A DNA stretch of 64,000 bases, taken from assembly GCA_023920165.1 (NCBI GenBank), contig CP089275.1, positions 2,232,001 through 2,296,000 of the forward strand, given 5' to 3'. The position numbers and the translations under genes were made by a program. The stretch comes from Curvularia clavata. Taxonomy: Eukaryota. The notes beneath the pieces were generated by a model. That model was not told the DNA's origin and searched no databases. It was given only the letters and a program-made list of their open reading frames with translations. Shown here piece after piece: positions 61,179 to 64,000 of the stretch (within the stretch, counting starts at the first letter, position 1; each line of letters opens with the position of its first letter).

Positions 61179-62163
61179 ATGAGGGGCACAACGCGCTACA
61201 CGTGCAGCAGCCACGCCAATGGCTGGAATGGCGTGGGGCTCAATCGCCCGCATTTGCCATCCAACGGAGGGTTTGTGTGTATAATACAGATTTGTAGGCG
61301 TGTGGGAGAGGCCTGGATGCGAGACCGGGCGGTAGTCTCCGGCGTTGTGCAGATATGCAGTGCCGGCAATTGTGCTCTTGATTGCGAGAATGACGTCCAA
61401 CCATTGCCCCGCGTTGCGCGGCGGAGCGAATTGGGCAAAGGCGGTGTCGGCTGGCACAAATTTGTCTTTGCATATTGTAAACGCATGCTATTCAACTGGC
61501 CCAAATAGACACCATGGAGTTCGCAGGGTTACAGATAGCACACGGCGTTAGAGACATTGGTGTACATGTGACGCCGAAGGCCGTGTGATAATGTGCAGGT
61601 GAGTCTTGGAAGCAGCGTAACCAACCAGCTGTGCTTGTAATATGTATGAATGTGATACCGCCATGCTCTAGGCCCTCTGTCTTTTGGAGAGCAAGGCTAT
61701 TGATAGATCCTCGTGGCGTGAATTAGTACCACGGACGCGGCGCGAAGAAGGTTTGATAACTATTCGTACATGTGAGATACGGATCATCAGCTCGACAGCT
61801 CCGGGGATGGAGGCAAGGATACATGGCCAAGGCGGTTCGTCTGAATTCCAGCACTGCACTTTTCCAAGTCGATGTACTCAACGAGATAGAGACTGGCTGC
61901 GCATGACTTGTGGATTCCGGTGAAATGCGCAATGTGCGTTACTATTGTACAGTACAGGGCCTGGCCGCCTGCACGCCGATCGACTGATGCGGGAGAGCCA
62001 CTAAGCGATATATTAGCGGAGACGCTCATGCTCTGACAAAGACCCACTTTCAGCGACTCATGGGCTTGGAGTGATGGGTTGGCAACTCATCAGCGGGATG
62101 TGTGCTGGGCAGGCCAAAACTTACGCATAATAGATATCATACAAATCTTCATTCTTCCATCAA

Positions 62164-62234
62164 GCATTCTTGGTCCAACGGTAGGATAATTGCCTTCCAA
62201 GCAATTGGCCCGGGTTCGACTCCCGGAGGATGCA
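62164..62234 (+). tRNA. tRNA-Gly (anticodon TCC), intronless
   Basis: Acceptor stem GCATTCT/AGGATGC plus discriminator A. D-arm TGGTCCAACGGTAGGAT. Anticodon arm ATTGC-CTTCCAA-GCAAT. T-arm CCGGG-TTCGACT-CCCGG. Confidence 0.95.
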
Positions 62235-62626
62235 TAACATCCTTCTCACGATTGCGAGCAGACTTTCTTTTTACTTTCCAGTGTGTCTGTGAGGCGCCAT
62301 GGCCGACCAGGTCCTTTTGCACCATACATCCACACGTCCAGTTCAGCTGCGGACGCAGAGAACTTTTAGGGCTTATATCCACGCTTTTTTTGCTCACATT
62401 GGAGATTCGTGGATGTAAAGTTTGTTCTGGCTTTGTATCAGTTACTAATATTTGTTCGTGGATGTGCAAAGGCTGTCTTGCTACCACCAAACACACGACG
62501 CATCATCAAGTATCCTTCTCCCGCATGCAGCTGAGCGGTCACATGAAAAGGAAAAAACAATAGAACCATATTCTCGTTGAGATCAACCAGTAGGATTAAG
62601 CGACACTTTTGCCCTGGTTCGTCCTA

Positions 62627-64000
62627 TTAGGGTTCATTTTCCGAGACTGCACGTACTGTAGATGCCTCTGACACTTCTCGAACCGTGGTATCGGAGTCTG
62701 TCGACGTCGTGTCTGAACTGACTGATATGATTGACGGCTGGCTAGCACGAGTGCTTGGCCGCTCTTCCTCAGACATGCTCTTGTCTCTCATTCTTTCGTC
62801 CGCATCCTCGTCGATCTCGTTACTTGTACTTGCGGCTTTGGCTTCGAGAGCAGTCATGCGATTCACAAATTCTTTTTGCAGTTCGTGTAGCCACGCAGAG
62901 AGAACATCTCCCTCCAGCACGCCGTTGTGGGCCTGGACCAGATGCTCTTTGAGGTTGAGAATGAGTTTGCGTCGCTTTTCCTTCAGAACTGTTTCTGAAG
63001 CCTTTTTGTTTCGAATAGCGTGGCGCTCAATCTGGCATGCAACAGCTGTAGCGTGCTCTACAACACCTGGAGGCAGCGGAACGATACGAGCAAGCGCCAA
63101 GCCATAGTGCGCCTCTTCGGCAACTCCCTGAGTTGTCTTGTAAAGCATTGTCATGCTATGCTCATCTTGCATCTAGAGTAATGAGCGTATGTTCTGGCAG
63201 GAACGGAGAATGCTTACCTCCACTGCTAAATGCAGATTTAAAACTCCAACACGGTCGTTCATAATAGTAGCAAGATCTTTGAAGTGAGTTGCAAACCACA
63301 CGAGAGCCTAGCAGTGTTAGGAGAGTCGCATGATGAAATTCGGGACATTTACTCTGCTTGACAAAAGTGCTTCCGCAATAGCCAGAGCAATCGCTAGTCC
63401 ATCCCTCGTGCTTGTGCCACGGCCTAGCTCATCGACTATGACTCTAACATTATGTTAGAAAGAAACGGTGTGTTATCAATATCAAAGCATACAAACTGTG
63501 CTGGTCAATGTTGCGCAAGATAAAAGCAATCTCTCTCATCTCAGCGGCGAACGTCGAAACATTGCTTTCAAGACTGTCATCAGTTCCTATCCTAGCAAAG
63601 AGCTGATGCAATACTGGAAACGACGCATAGCTTGCAGGAACACTGCACTAGGTGAATACCGATGGCAACTAATGTGGCAGAAGGACCACTTACTAGCAAC
63701 CGATCTGAGCCATGATGGCCATCAATGCCACAGATCGAATGTAGGTACTTTTTCCACTCATGTTGCAGCCCGTGATGATCTGGAACCGCGTCTGCTTTGT
63801 GGCATAGACATCGTTTGGAATGAATTTAGTTCGCATCACTCTTTCCTTGATCGGATGGCGCCCAGCCTCGACGGCCAATGTGTCAGTGAGCTGTGGTTGC
63901 GCTGAATACCCATTAGTACACCAGTCAAGAGATAGAGTGATACGCACTGTAGTTTTGAACTGTTACAAGCTGCACGAATGCTGCAATCTGTAATGAATCA
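62627..64000 (-). CDS. MSH4: Meiotic MutS homolog Msh4, 3' part (5' end outside window)
   Basis: GRHPI, FIPND, Walker A variant QIITGCNMSGKST typical of Msh4, STFAAEMRE, VIVDELGRGTS, FATHF and HYGLALA. Several short introns. Confidence 0.9.

Overview
Gene-dense chromosomal segment of a filamentous ascomycete. Short GT-AG introns carry CTRAC/CTAAT branch points, and the proteins look Dothideomycete/Pleosporales-like (taxonomy is inference). I call 24 mostly spliced protein-coding genes: MNR2-type CorA transporter (5'-partial), DUF3824-type disordered protein, a UIM/Pro-rich orphan, complex I 24-kDa subunit, a mitochondrial carrier, MRM2, an SS18/Snf11-like Q-rich protein, GH128, SUA5, a PrpF-family isomerase, a Zn2Cys6 factor, RAD21, PMR1, an RTA1-like protein, SLD5, Cdc25, an FMO-like enzyme, a PCI/CSN12-like protein, PRX1, one further orphan, a DLH-like/SnoaL-like protein, RMT2, eIF3j and HIS1. 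A 5'-truncated MSH4 lies at the right edge. The window also holds one tRNA-Gly(TCC) and one full-length 1847-bp Fot1/pogo DNA transposon whose transposase has three in-frame stops of RIP-like transition type. The best candidate for an undescribed system is the PrpF-family isomerase plus adjacent Zn2Cys6 regulator: both promoters carry a tight cluster of the same CCGCGGnAA motif, suggesting an autoregulated organic-acid (aconitate-like) isomerisation module. All family assignments come from recognising motifs by eye; no searches were run. Exon boundaries were traced manually.
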